DNA of 64,000 bases. Origin: Clostridiales bacterium UBA5446. GTDB taxonomy: Bacteria; Bacillota; Clostridia; Oscillospirales; Oscillospiraceae. The stretch spans positions 3,671-67,670 of the forward strand of contig DIRC01000018.1 of the NCBI GenBank assembly GCA_002427465.1, read 5' to 3'. The notes below the pieces were generated by a model. The model was not told the DNA's origin. It worked only from the letters and a program-made list of their open reading frames with translations, and did no database searches. The position numbers and the translations under genes are program-made. Below, piece by piece: positions 37,679 to 46,421 of the stretch. Each line of letters begins with the position of its first letter. Position 1 is the stretch's first letter.

Positions 37679-40600
37679 ATGGTGAGAAAACTCAAGACAA
37701 TGGACGGCAACGCCGCGGCTGCCCATGTATCCTATGCCTTTACCGAGGTTGCAGCAATCTATCCGATTACGCCGTCAAGCCCTATGGCCGACCTTGTTGA
37801 CCAATGGTCCGCCGCCGGCCGGAAGAACATTTTCGGCAGCACTGTCAAGGTACAGGAAATGCAGGCAGAGTCAGGCGCTGCCGGCGCCGTCCACGGCAGC
37901 CTGAACGCGGGCGCCCTCACCACCACGTATACGGCATCCCAGGGCCTTCTGCTCATGGTGCCGAATATGTATAAAATCGCGGGTGAGCTGCTGCCGGCTG
38001 TGTTTCACGTAACGGCGCGTACCCTCGCAAGCCATACCTTGAGCATTTTTGGAGACCATTCCGATGTGATGGCCTGCCGCCAGACCGGATTTGCCATGAT
38101 TGCCGAGACAAACCCCCAAGAAGTCATGGACCTTTCTCCGGTGGCCCACCTGGCCGCGATCAAGGGGCGCGTGCCATTTCTGAACTTCTTCGACGGCTTC
38201 CGCACTTCCCATGAGCTTCAGAAAATCCAAGTTTGGGATTATAAGGATCTTAAGCAGATGTGCGACATGGAGGCGGTGGAAGCTTTCCGCGCCCGTGCTC
38301 TGAGCCCGCAGCGCCCCCAGATGAGGGGCAGCCACGAAAACGGCGATATCTTCTTCCAAAACCGCGAGGCCTCCAATCAGTATTATGAGGCGGTTCCCGG
38401 CATCGTCGAGAATTATATGCGGAAGATCAACAAAAAGCTCGGCACCGATTATCAGTTGTTCAACTATTACGGCGCGCCCGATGCCGACCGGGTGATCGTG
38501 GCCATGGGCTCCATATGCGACGTGACGGAGGAAGTCATCGACTATCTCAATGCCAATGGCGCGAAGGTCGGCCTTATCAAGGTCAGGCTATACCGCCCCT
38601 GGCGTGCGGATAAGTTCCTGGACGCCATCCCAGCCACCTGTAAGAAAATCGCGGTGCTGGACCGCACCAAGGAGCCGGGCGCACAGGGAGAGCCACTTTA
38701 TATGGACGTGGTTACCTCTCTGGCCACCGCCGGCAGAACGGATATTTCCGTGATTGGAGGCCGCTACGGCCTATCCTCGAAGGACACGCCGCCGTCCAGC
38801 GTTTTTGCGGTGTATAAAGAGCTGAATAAGGCCGCGCCCAAGCGTAAGTTTACGGTGGGCATCGTGGACGACGTGACAAAGCTTTCTCTTAAGGAATCCC
38901 CGGCGCCGGATACCTCCTCGAAGGGTACCGTCCAGTGCATGTTCTGGGGTCTCGGCGGCGACGGTACCGTGGGCGCAAACAAGAACTCCATCAAGATTAT
39001 AGGCGATAATACAAACAAATATGTCCAGGCCTATTTCCAATACGACTCTAAAAAGACCGGCGGCGTCACGATTTCGCACCTGCGTTTTGGCGATCATCCA
39101 ATCAGGAGCCCGTATTACATCAATATGGCGGACTTTGTGGCCTGTCACAACCCGTCCTATATTACCAAGGGCTACAAGATGGTTCAGGCCGTCAAGCCCG
39201 GCGGGGTTTTCCTGGTAAACAGCCAGTGGACATTCGAGGAGCTGGAAAGGCATCTGGATGCCGAGGCAAAGCGGTATATCGCTAAAAACCGCATCCGGCT
39301 CGTCATGATCAACGCCATTGATCTGGCCCAGAGCATCGGCATGGGCAAGCGCACCAATACCATCCTCCAGTCCGCGTTCTTCTCCCTGGCCAAGGTTATG
39401 CCCGAGGCGGAAGCCATCGGCCATATGAAGGATGCCGCTACCTCGTCATACCTCAAGAAGGGCCAGGATGTGGTGGATATGAACCACAAAGCCATTGATC
39501 TGGGCGCAACGGCGTACGAGATTGTGGCGATTCCGGAGTCCTGGGCCACGGCCGAGGATAAGGATCGGGGTAAGCCGGTCGGAGGCCGCCCGGCCACCGT
39601 AAAAATGGTGGAGGATATTCTTTTCCCCGTGGCCAGGATGGACGGCGACAGCCTGCCGGTATCCGCCTTTGTTCCCCATGCGGACGGCACATTTGAGCTG
39701 GGCGCGGCCGCTTATGAGAAGCGCGGCGTGGCTGTGAACGTACCCGAATGGAACGAAAATACCTGCATCCAGTGCAACAGATGCGCATATGTCTGCCCCC
39801 ACGCCACGATCCGCCCCTTCGCTCTCAGTGACCAGGAGCTGGCAGCGGCGCCGGAGGCCACCAAGTCCGCCCCGATCAAGGCCGGGAAGGGTAAGGGCGA
39901 ATACACCTATGCCATGGCGATTTCGCCGCTGGACTGCATGGGCTGCGGCATTTGCGTCAACATTTGCCCCACCAATTCCCTGACAATGATGTCCCTGGAG
40001 AGCCAGGGCGCCCAGCAGGCCGTGTTCAACTACATGGTCTCCGAAGTTGCGGAGAAGAAAGAGCTTCAGGATAACAAAACCGTCAAGGGCAGCCAGTTCA
40101 AGCAGCCCATGCTGGAGTTCTCCGGCTCCTGCGCCGGCTGCGCGGAGACGAGCTACGCCCGCCTGATCACGCAGATTTACGGCGACCATATGATCATTTC
40201 CAACGCAACCGGCTGTTCCTCCATCTGGGGCGGGCCCGCGGCCACAAGCCCATATACGGTGAACAAGGAGGGCAAGGGCCCCGCTTGGGTCAACTCCCTG
40301 TTTGAGGACAATGCCGAGCATGGCCTTGGTATCTATCTTGGCCAGAAAAAACTCCGGGACGATCTGGCCGAGAAGGTCAAAATCCTTGCGGAGGGCGCGG
40401 ATGCGGAAACCGCCGAGGCTGCCAGGGCTTACCTTGACACTTATTGTGACGGCGGCGCCAATCAGGCGGCTGCCAGCCGACTGATCGAGACCCTGGAAAA
40501 GAATCCGTCCTGTGATATATGCAGGGAGATTCTCTCCGGCAAGGACTATCTGAACAAGAAGTCCGTGTGGATTATGGGCGGCGACGGCTGGGCCTTTGAT

Positions 40601-41200
40601 ATCGGCTACGGCGGCCTTGACCATGTTTTGGCTTCGGGTGAGGACGTGAATGTGTTCGTGTTCAACACCGAGGTTTATTCCAACACCGGCGGCCAGGCGT
40701 CCAAGGCTTCGAATATCGGCCAGGTGGCTCAGTTTGCCGCGGCCGGCAAGGAGATCAAGAGCAAATCTCTGGCGGAACTGGCCATGACTTACGGGTATGT
40801 TTACGTGGCCCAGGTGGCGATGGGCGCCAATCTTGAGCAGACGCTCAAGGCCATAAACGAGGCGGAAGCCTATCCCGGCCCATCGCTGATCATCGCCTAT
40901 TCCCCCTGCGAGATGCACAGCATAAAAGGCGGCATGGTAAACTGCCAGGTCGAGATGAAGAAAGCTGTGGAGTGCGGCTATTGGAACCTGTTCCGCTTCA
41001 ATCCCGCTCTGGAATCCCCCTTCACGCTGGACAGCAAGGAGCCTGTCGGCGGATATCAGGATTTCCTGATGAACGAGGCCCGCTATTCCCGCCTGACCAT
41101 GGAATTCCCGGAAAGGGCGGAGACCCTGTTTACCGCGGCCGAGGAGAACGCCAAGGCCCGCTACGATCATCTTGTAAAGCTTAAGAAGCTGTACGAATAA
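37679..41200 (+). CDS. nifJ: Pyruvate:ferredoxin (flavodoxin) oxidoreductase
   Basis: 1173 aa. N-terminus MDGNAAAAHVSYAFTEVAAIYPITPSS. Ferredoxin domain CIQCNRCAYVCP / CMGCGICVNICP. TPP motif GGDGWAFDIGYGG. Confidence 0.97.
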   Translation: MVRKLKTMDGNAAAAHVSYAFTEVAAIYPITPSSPMADLVDQWSAAGRKNIFGSTVKVQEMQAESGAAGAVHGSLNAGALTTTYTASQGLLLMVPNMYKIAGELLPAVFHVTARTLASHTLSIFGDHSDVMACRQTGFAMIAETNPQEVMDLSPVAHLAAIKGRVPFLNFFDGFRTSHELQKIQVWDYKDLKQMCDMEAVEAFRARALSPQRPQMRGSHENGDIFFQNREASNQYYEAVPGIVENYMRKINKKLGTDYQLFNYYGAPDADRVIVAMGSICDVTEEVIDYLNANGAKVGLIKVRLYRPWRADKFLDAIPATCKKIAVLDRTKEPGAQGEPLYMDVVTSLATAGRTDISVIGGRYGLSSKDTPPSSVFAVYKELNKAAPKRKFTVGIVDDVTKLSLKESPAPDTSSKGTVQCMFWGLGGDGTVGANKNSIKIIGDNTNKYVQAYFQYDSKKTGGVTISHLRFGDHPIRSPYYINMADFVACHNPSYITKGYKMVQAVKPGGVFLVNSQWTFEELERHLDAEAKRYIAKNRIRLVMINAIDLAQSIGMGKRTNTILQSAFFSLAKVMPEAEAIGHMKDAATSSYLKKGQDVVDMNHKAIDLGATAYEIVAIPESWATAEDKDRGKPVGGRPATVKMVEDILFPVARMDGDSLPVSAFVPHADGTFELGAAAYEKRGVAVNVPEWNENTCIQCNRCAYVCPHATIRPFALSDQELAAAPEATKSAPIKAGKGKGEYTYAMAISPLDCMGCGICVNICPTNSLTMMSLESQGAQQAVFNYMVSEVAEKKELQDNKTVKGSQFKQPMLEFSGSCAGCAETSYARLITQIYGDHMIISNATGCSSIWGGPAATSPYTVNKEGKGPAWVNSLFEDNAEHGLGIYLGQKKLRDDLAEKVKILAEGADAETAEAARAYLDTYCDGGANQAAASRLIETLEKNPSCDICREILSGKDYLNKKSVWIMGGDGWAFDIGYGGLDHVLASGEDVNVFVFNTEVYSNTGGQASKASNIGQVAQFAAAGKEIKSKSLAELAMTYGYVYVAQVAMGANLEQTLKAINEAEAYPGPSLIIAYSPCEMHSIKGGMVNCQVEMKKAVECGYWNLFRFNPALESPFTLDSKEPVGGYQDFLMNEARYSRLTMEFPERAETLFTAAEENAKARYDHLVKLKKLYE

Positions 41201-41222
41201 ATTACCTGGCACGAAAAGCGGT

Positions 41223-41246
41223 CCGGGAGGGTAAAATCCCTCCCGG
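41223..41246 (+). terminator. 9-bp GC-rich hairpin after nifJ (no adjacent U-tract)
   Basis: CCGGGAGGG-taaaat-CCCTCCCGG. Confidence 0.4.
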
Positions 41247-41257
41247 GCCAGGCACTA

Positions 41258-41327
41258 TTTGAAAATATTCTAATATTTGCGGGATAATTTGAAAATATTC
41301 CAAATATCCTTGACTTTGCGGGATAAA
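41258..41327 (+). repeat. Imperfect tandem duplication (about 30 nt plus about 40 nt units) overlapping the rpsF promoter
   Basis: TTTGAAAATATTC at 41258 and 41288. TTTGCGGGATAA at 41276 and 41315. Confidence 0.9.
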
Positions 41328-41337
41328 AATATATAAT
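41310..41337 (+). promoter_or_regulatory. Sigma-A type promoter candidate for rpsF-ssb-rpsR
   Basis: TTGACT (41310-41315), 16 bp, TATAAT (41332-41337). Confidence 0.65.
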
Positions 41338-41338
41338 A

Positions 41339-41368
41339 TATAAGCCCGTCTTGCAGGACGGGCTTATA
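41339..41368 (+). promoter_or_regulatory. Perfect 12-bp hairpin at the 5' end of the rpsF leader
   Basis: TATAAGCCCGTC-ttgcag-GACGGGCTTATA, immediately after the -10 element. Confidence 0.6.
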
Positions 41369-41418
41369 TCCTTGCTCACGCCAGAGCGTGGGCCATTAGT
41401 CCAGAAGGAGGTGCACAG

Positions 41419-41715
41419 ATGGCAAAAACAAGTGAAAAGTATGAGCTGATGTATATCATCAAGCCTAATCTCAGCGAAGAAGAAACGGCGGCTGTTGTCG
41501 AGAAATTCAAGGCGCTTGTCGAGCAGAACGGCACGCTTGATGAGATGGAGGAGATGGGTAAGCGCAAGCTGGCTTACGAAATCGACTACATTTCCGAAGG
41601 CTACTACGTTCTCGTCAAGTTTACCAGCGGCCCGGAATTTCCCGCCGAGCTGGATCGTGTTCTCGGCATTACAGACGGTGTGATTCGCAGCCTGATTACG
41701 CTTCGTCCGGAATAA
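41419..41715 (+). CDS. rpsF: 30S ribosomal protein S6
   Basis: …YELMYIIKPNLSEEETAAVVEKF… SD GGAGGTG. Confidence 0.97.
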   Translation: MAKTSEKYELMYIIKPNLSEEETAAVVEKFKALVEQNGTLDEMEEMGKRKLAYEIDYISEGYYVLVKFTSGPEFPAELDRVLGITDGVIRSLITLRPE

Positions 41716-41727
41716 GGAGGAGACTGA

Positions 41728-42171
41728 ATGCTGAACACGATCACACTCATGGGCAGGCTGACTCGGGACCCCGAGCTGCGCTATACCCAGGCCCAGACCC
41801 CGGTGGCGTCATTTACGCTGGCCGTGGACAGGGACTATTCCCGTGCCGAAGAGAAACAGACCGATTTCATCGACATCGTCGCATGGAGACAGACCGCCGA
41901 ATTCGTTTCGAAGTATTTCGTAAAGGGCAGCATGGCCGTTGTGAACGGGCGGCTGCAGATACGCGAATGGACCGACCGCGAGGGCAATAAACGCCGGAGC
42001 GCCGAGGTGGTGGCGGAAAATATCTACTTTGGCGAGTCTAAGCGCCGCGAAGGCGGCGAATCACGCAGCGATGCCCGCAGCGGCGGCGGCTATGGCGGGG
42101 GAGGCCCTGCCAAGAGCGGCCCGTCCTCCTTCACAGAGCTGGACGACGGCGATGGCGAGCTGCCATTTTAA
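41728..42171 (+). CDS. ssb: Single-stranded DNA-binding protein
   Basis: MLNTITLMGRLTRDPELRYT... OB fold, Gly-rich tail and acidic tip DDGDGELPF. Confidence 0.96.
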   Translation: MLNTITLMGRLTRDPELRYTQAQTPVASFTLAVDRDYSRAEEKQTDFIDIVAWRQTAEFVSKYFVKGSMAVVNGRLQIREWTDREGNKRRSAEVVAENIYFGESKRREGGESRSDARSGGGYGGGGPAKSGPSSFTELDDGDGELPF

Positions 42172-42183
42172 GGAGGTATAACC

Positions 42184-42423
42184 TTGGCTTACGATAAAAA
42201 CAACCCAAGAAACCGCAAGCGCAGAAAGGTTTGCCAGTTCTGTGTCGACAAGTGCGCGCATATCGATTATAAGGATATCGCCAAGCTCAGGAAGTTCATG
42301 TCCGAGCGCAGCAAGATCCTGCCCCGTCGCACGACAGGCACCTGCGCCATGCATCAGCGCGAGCTGACCGAGGCGATAAAGCGCTCACGCCAGATCGCCT
42401 TTCTGCCTTACGTCACAGACTGA
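42184..42423 (+). CDS. rpsR: 30S ribosomal protein S18 (TTG start)
   Basis: …[21 protein letters not shown]… and conserved gene order. Confidence 0.96.
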   Translation: MAYDKNNPRNRKRRKVCQFCVDKCAHIDYKDIAKLRKFMSERSKILPRRTTGTCAMHQRELTEAIKRSRQIAFLPYVTD

Positions 42424-42439
42424 AACCAGATATTGCGGT

Positions 42440-42468
42440 GTCCCGGTCATTTGACCGGGACGCTTTTT
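42440..42468 (+). terminator. Intrinsic terminator after rpsR
   Basis: GTCCCGGTCA-tt-TGACCGGGAC followed by GCTTTTT. Confidence 0.8.
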
Positions 42469-42477
42469 ATCTTTTTG

Positions 42478-42506
42478 TTGTGTTTTTCTGCGAAATACGC
42501 TATAGT
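42478..42506 (+). promoter_or_regulatory. Promoter candidate for the HTH-S24 repressor gene
   Basis: TTGTGT (42478-42483), 17 bp, TATAGT (42501-42506). Confidence 0.4.
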
Positions 42507-42527
42507 ATGTCCAGGAAGGAGATAGAG

Positions 42528-43220
42528 ATGGTGAAAAAATCTCTTGGAGGGATATTGGCTGCCCTGCGCCGGGAGGCAGGCTATACACAGCCCCAGGTAT
42601 CGGAGATTCTCCGGGGCGAGGGGGTGGAGATCCGCACGGCCGGGATCAGCAAATGGGAAAAGGGTCTTACCCAGCCCAACGCCACGCAGTTTCTCACGCT
42701 TTGCAGGATATACGGCGTGATAGACGTGATGGGAACCTTCATGGACTGCCCAGGGCCGGTGGAGGCGCTGAATGCCGAAGGCCGCCGCCTGGTTTCGGAT
42801 TACATCCGGGTTCTGGCGGCCAGCGGCCTATATGCCGAAAAGCCGAAGGAACGCGAGCCGCGCCTTCTTCCGCTGTATTCCCTGGCCGCTTCGGCCGGAA
42901 CGGGCCAGTTTCTGGACGGCGAGGATTACGAACTGACAGAGGTCGGCAGCCAGACGCCGGCGGAAGCCGATTTTGGCGTACGTATCGCTGGAGACAGCAT
43001 GGAACCGGATATCAGGGACGGGCAGACGGTTTGGGTGCGCCGCTCGGAAACTCTGGCAAACGGAAGGATCGGGATATTCTCTCTTGACGGACAGGGATTC
43101 TGCAAAAAGCTTGTGCAAAGGCAGGACGGCGTTTTTCTGATCTCCATAAATCCGGAGTATCCGCCGATGCGGATCACGCCGGAACGCGATTTGAGGGTGT
43201 TTGGCGAGGTCCTGATCTAA
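42528..43220 (+). CDS. XRE-family HTH fused to S24 (LexA/CI-like) self-cleaving peptidase domain
   Basis: N-terminal HTH …LRREAGYTQPQVSEIL… C-terminal GDSMEP (Ser nucleophile) and a downstream Lys (FCKKL). SD AGGAAGGAG before ATG 42528. Confidence 0.85.
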   Translation: MVKKSLGGILAALRREAGYTQPQVSEILRGEGVEIRTAGISKWEKGLTQPNATQFLTLCRIYGVIDVMGTFMDCPGPVEALNAEGRRLVSDYIRVLAASGLYAEKPKEREPRLLPLYSLAASAGTGQFLDGEDYELTEVGSQTPAEADFGVRIAGDSMEPDIRDGQTVWVRRSETLANGRIGIFSLDGQGFCKKLVQRQDGVFLISINPEYPPMRITPERDLRVFGEVLI

Positions 43221-43230
43221 AAGCGTAGGG

Positions 43231-43866
43231 CTAACCGGTTATAGTCTGGCAGACATGGGCGACACAGCAGCGCTCGCATTGGGGGCGGCGCGCCCCGCAG
43301 ACAGCTCTGCCGTGCAGAACCAGCCGATGGCAAAAGTCCGAGGATTTGTCGGCGGGGAGGATTTCGCGCAGCGCCCGTTCGATTTTGGCCGGCTCCTTCA
43401 GGCCGTCCACCAGGCCCATGCGGTTGGACAGCCGGATGCAGTGGGTGTCCACCACGACGGCGCCGGGGGCGTTGAAAACGTCCCCCAGGATCAGGTTTGC
43501 AGTTTTTCGCCCCACGCCGGGCAGCGCCAGCAGTTCCTCCATGGTTCCGGGGACCTTGCCGCCGTGCCTTATAAGGAGCGCCTGGGCGCAGGCGACGATG
43601 TCGCTGGCTTTGGTATGATAAAATCCGCATGAACGGACGTATTCCTCAACCTCCTCCACCTGCGCCCCTGCAAAGGCCTCCAGGGTGGGAAAGCGCGCAA
43701 ACAGCGCCGGCGTGATCATGTTGACGCGGGCGTCGGTACATTGGGCGGCGAGCCGGGCGGAAAACAGCAATTCATAGTCGCGCCGCCAGTCCAGGGTGCA
43801 TTCCGCCAGCGGGTATTCTTTTTCAAGGCGGGATATCATTTCCGAAACCTGTTCGGGAGTTCTCAT
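43231..43866 (-). CDS. nth: Endonuclease III
   Basis: HhH-GPD motif LPGVGRKTANLIL and C-terminal Fe-S cluster loop CGARRPQCERCCVAHVC. Confidence 0.95.
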   Translation of the reverse strand: MRTPEQVSEMISRLEKEYPLAECTLDWRRDYELLFSARLAAQCTDARVNMITPALFARFPTLEAFAGAQVEEVEEYVRSCGFYHTKASDIVACAQALLIRHGGKVPGTMEELLALPGVGRKTANLILGDVFNAPGAVVVDTHCIRLSNRMGLVDGLKEPAKIERALREILPADKSSDFCHRLVLHGRAVCGARRPQCERCCVAHVCQTITG

Positions 43867-43933
43867 GGGATCACCTCAGTGTATATTCTATCAGTTTATC
43901 GGGATTTTTTCAATCATACAGGAGGTTTTGCGG

Positions 43934-45196
43934 ATGTACAGACCACTTGCCGACGAGATCCGCCCCAGCGACCTGAGCCAGGTTGTGGGGCAGACTCATA
44001 TTTTGGGCAGCGGCGGCATTCTCAGGCGGATAATCGAATCGGGTGAGATCCCCAACATGGTGTTTTACGGGCCTTCCGGAACCGGCAAGACAACCGTGGC
44101 AAACATTATTGCCCGCCGCACAAACCGTACGCTTCGAAAGCTCAACGCCACCACGGCGGGGATCGCGGATATCAAGTCGATCATCGCGGAGCTGGACACC
44201 ATGCTTACGCCGGGAGGCGTGCTGCTTTATCTGGACGAAATCCAGTACTTCAATAAAAAACAGCAGCAAAGCCTTCTGGAATTCATCGAGGACGGCCGCA
44301 TTACCCTGGTGGCCTCGACGACGGAGAACCCCTATTTTTACGTATACAACGCGCTGCTTTCCCGGAGCACGGTATTCGAATTTAAGCAAATCCCCCCAGA
44401 CCAGGTGCTGCCGGCCGTTTTAAGGGCGATTGGAATCATGGAAGAACGCGAGGGAGTAACCGCCGAATTGGAGTCGGGGGCCGCCGAGCACATCGCGCAA
44501 GGCTGCGGAGGCGACGTGCGCAAGGCCGTAAACGCTGTGGAGCTGTTGTTCTCCGCGGCGCCAAGGCGGGGCGGCAAGGTCGGCATCACGCTTTCCGACG
44601 TTAAGGCGGTGTCCCAGCGCAGCGCCATGCGGTACGACAGGGAAGGGGACGACCATTTCGATATTCTGTCAGCCCTGATGAAGGCGATGCGCGGCTCGGA
44701 TCCCGATGCGGCGCTGCATTATCTGGCCCGGCTTCTGGAGGCGGGCGATCTGCTCGGCGCCTGCCGGCGGATACTGTGCTCCGCCAGCGAGGATATCGGC
44801 CTGGCATATCCGCTGGCCGCGCCCATTGTCAAAGCCTGTGTGGACAGCGCCCTTCAGCTTGGCCTTCCGGAGGCGCGCCTGCCGTTGGCGGAGGCTGTGA
44901 TCCTGCTGGCAACCTCTCCCAAGTCGAATTCGGTGGTTTCGGCTATCGACAGGGCGATGGCGGATGTGCGCGCGGGCAAAACCGGCCCGATCCCCAGGGA
45001 GATGCAGAACGTCCACGCCGACGGCGCCGGATTTGAACGGGAACAGGGGTATGTCTATCCCCACAGCCATCCCGACCATTGGGTGAGACAGCAGTATTTG
45101 CCGGAAGCCCTGGCCGGAACGCGATATTATGAATATGGCGACAATAAGACGGAGCAGGCGGCGAAGGCATATTGGGACCGTATCAAGGGGGTATAA
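43934..45196 (+). CDS. rarA: Replication-associated recombination protein A (AAA+ ATPase RarA/MgsA)
   Basis: MYRPLADEIRPSDLSQVVGQ..., Walker A GPSGTGKTT, MgsA C-terminal domain. SD AGGAGG before ATG 43934. Confidence 0.94.
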   Translation: MYRPLADEIRPSDLSQVVGQTHILGSGGILRRIIESGEIPNMVFYGPSGTGKTTVANIIARRTNRTLRKLNATTAGIADIKSIIAELDTMLTPGGVLLYLDEIQYFNKKQQQSLLEFIEDGRITLVASTTENPYFYVYNALLSRSTVFEFKQIPPDQVLPAVLRAIGIMEEREGVTAELESGAAEHIAQGCGGDVRKAVNAVELLFSAAPRRGGKVGITLSDVKAVSQRSAMRYDREGDDHFDILSALMKAMRGSDPDAALHYLARLLEAGDLLGACRRILCSASEDIGLAYPLAAPIVKACVDSALQLGLPEARLPLAEAVILLATSPKSNSVVSAIDRAMADVRAGKTGPIPREMQNVHADGAGFEREQGYVYPHSHPDHWVRQQYLPEALAGTRYYEYGDNKTEQAAKAYWDRIKGV

Positions 45197-45198
45197 AA

Positions 45199-45387
45199 AT
45201 GGATATCAGGGTGGGCGACGTTCTATGCATGAAAAAGCCGCATCCCTGCGGGAGCACCCGGTGGCAGGTGCTGCGGATCGGCGCGGATTTCAAGCTGCGC
45301 TGTCAGGGCTGCGGCCACGAGGTGATGGGCGCAAGAAGCAAATTTGAAAAAAGCATAAAAAAAATAGAGAGAACGGCAGACGAGTAA
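45199..45387 (+). CDS. DUF951 small protein (YyzM-like)
   Basis: MDIRVGDVLCMKKPHPCGSTRWQVLRIGADFKLRCQGCGHEVM... Family assignment is from recollection. Confidence 0.75.
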   Translation: MDIRVGDVLCMKKPHPCGSTRWQVLRIGADFKLRCQGCGHEVMGARSKFEKSIKKIERTADE

Positions 45388-45400
45388 AGTCTGCCGTTTT
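45373..45400 (+). terminator. Terminator hairpin enclosing the DUF951 stop codon
   Basis: ACGGCAGAC-gagtaaa-GTCTGCCGT-TTT. Confidence 0.6.
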
Positions 45401-45411
45401 CGGCTTTGATT

Positions 45412-45446
45412 ATAAAAAACCGGGCCGGTCACAGGACCGGCCCGGC
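45412..45446 (-). terminator. Intrinsic terminator of rpsB-tsf
   Basis: CCGGGCCGGTC-acag-GACCGGCCCGG with AAAAAA on the plus strand (a U-run on the minus transcript). Confidence 0.85.
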
Positions 45447-45460
45447 AGGCAGTTTTTGGG

Positions 45461-46384
45461 TTATTCTACGAGCTTTGCAACCTCGCTGGCCAGATCGCAT
45501 GTTTTCTTATCAATGCCTTCGCCCTTTTCAAAACGGGCATAGCGGCTGATCTTGATCTGGGTGCCAAGTTTCTTGGCGATGTCGGCAATGTGCTGCTCAA
45601 CAGATACCTTATCTTCCTTGACGAAGGGCTGCTGGAGCAGGCAAATGTCCTTATAATACTTGGAAAGGCCGCCCATGACGATTTTCTCAATGATCGCGTC
45701 GGGTTTGCCGGCGTTCTTCGGATCTTCCTTGGCCTGGGCGAGACGAACCTTCATCTCTTCCTTGACGAAATCTTCGCTGACTTCGCATTTGTCCATGAAG
45801 GTGGGGTTGAGGGCCGCAACCTGCATTGCCAAGTCCTTGCCCAGCTCGATGACTTCTGCGTTGTCGCCGAAAGCCGGATCAACATCCAGATTCACGAGAA
45901 CGGCAATGCGGCCGCCCATATGCACGTAGGGAACGGAAAGTCCGGTGTCGTAGCGCACGAAGCGGCGGACTTTTATATTCTCGCCGATGACAAGAACCTT
46001 ATCGTTCTGCATGTCAAGGACGGTTTTATCGGAGCCGGGATATTGGCAGGCATAAAGGGCGTCCAAATCGGCGGGGGCCTTGTCCGCCACAACGGCGGCA
46101 ACGCCCATTACATAATCGACAAAAAGATCGTTTTTTGCTACAAAGTCGCTCTCGGCGTTGACCTCGACAAGGACGCCGATATTGTTTATGACGGCGGCAT
46201 AGGCCATGCCTTCGGCGGCCACGCGCCCGGCTTTTTTCTGGGCGGCGGCAAGGCCCTTTTCACGGAGCCACTCGATGGCCCTGTTCAGATCGCCGTCGGA
46301 AGCCTCCAGCGCTTTTTTGCAGTCCATCATGCCAACGCCGGTGGCCTCGCGCAGGTTCTTAACGTCTGCTGCTGTGAATGCCAT
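45461..46384 (-). CDS. tsf: Elongation factor Ts
   Basis: MAFTAADVKNLREATGVGMMDCKKALEASDGDLNRAIEWLREKG... Confidence 0.97.
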   Translation of the reverse strand: MAFTAADVKNLREATGVGMMDCKKALEASDGDLNRAIEWLREKGLAAAQKKAGRVAAEGMAYAAVINNIGVLVEVNAESDFVAKNDLFVDYVMGVAAVVADKAPADLDALYACQYPGSDKTVLDMQNDKVLVIGENIKVRRFVRYDTGLSVPYVHMGGRIAVLVNLDVDPAFGDNAEVIELGKDLAMQVAALNPTFMDKCEVSEDFVKEEMKVRLAQAKEDPKNAGKPDAIIEKIVMGGLSKYYKDICLLQQPFVKEDKVSVEQHIADIAKKLGTQIKISRYARFEKGEGIDKKTCDLASEVAKLVE

Positions 46385-46421
46385 AATATCTTATCTTCCT
46401 TCCGTAATTTAATAACCTGCC

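Noticed and set aside
39446-41212. 588-aa ORF on the minus strand inside nifJ
   Set aside because: It lies entirely antisense to a very well-supported 1173-aa PFOR gene. It has no SD, and its composition is Gly/Ala/Leu/His/Arg-rich and low-complexity. This is typical of shadow ORFs in high-GC coding DNA.
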